A DNA stretch of 64,000 bases from Eledone cirrhosa (Eukaryota). Within the stretch, counting starts at the first letter, position 1; the number at the start of each line of letters is the position of its first letter. Positions 63,711 to 64,000 of the stretch are shown piece after piece. The notes below the pieces were generated by a model that ran no database searches, was not told the origin of the DNA, and worked only from the letters and a program-made list of their open reading frames with translations. The stretch lies in NCBI GenBank assembly GCA_964016885.1, contig OZ024744.1, positions 106,454,001-106,518,000 on the forward strand. The letters are read 5' to 3'. A program made the translations under genes and the position numbers.

Positions 63711-64000
63711 TATATATATATGATAGGAATTCTTTCTGTCTTAAGCTTCAAAGATGACCATTACTCATGTGCAATGATAAAAGAACAGATATACACTTCC
63801 TATTCATCTGTTTATTTATATGAATCCAGTTTATACATAGATACATATACATATATATATATGTACACAAGTGGCATCAAGTTGATGGACCAGCTCAGAA
63901 GGGGTTATCACACAGCTGCTTTGGGACTGAATTAACCTAGATGAGATGCAGTTTGGATTAAGTACTACTGATTCCCTCTTCCTTATGAGACAACTGCAAG

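Overview
Animal genomic DNA, AT-rich and repeat-saturated; the SINE/LINE families and (TA)n/(CAT)n landscape suggest an octopus or other coleoid cephalopod (inference). The window lies inside one + strand multi-exon gene. I can splice nine phase-compatible GT-AG exons (1724-1827, 8162-8327, 39943-40091, 43033-43093, 45702-45763, 46459-46730, 49015-49109, 59392-59447, 61057-61304) into a stop-free stretch of about 404 aa. It resembles the N-terminal/coiled-coil half of the mRNA-export factor GLE1, judged by recalled similarity and not by a search. Exons 5-6 are tandemly duplicated as exons 8-9. Roughly two thirds of the window is intronic minisatellite (29, 41, 40, 34, 66, 48, ~91, 134, 96 and 27 bp units plus GGT and CAT repeats), and several arrays visibly grew out of SINE or MITE internal sequence. 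The giant ORFs in the track come from stop-free repeat units; only the minus-strand 66-bp ORF has any coding-like signal. The rest is tRNA-derived SINEs, RTE-clade LINE fragments and hAT/piggyBac-like MITEs. The most unexpected element is a U6 snRNA 3' fragment, with its oligo-U end, fused directly to a retroposon-like 3' tail (8751-8867, minus strand).
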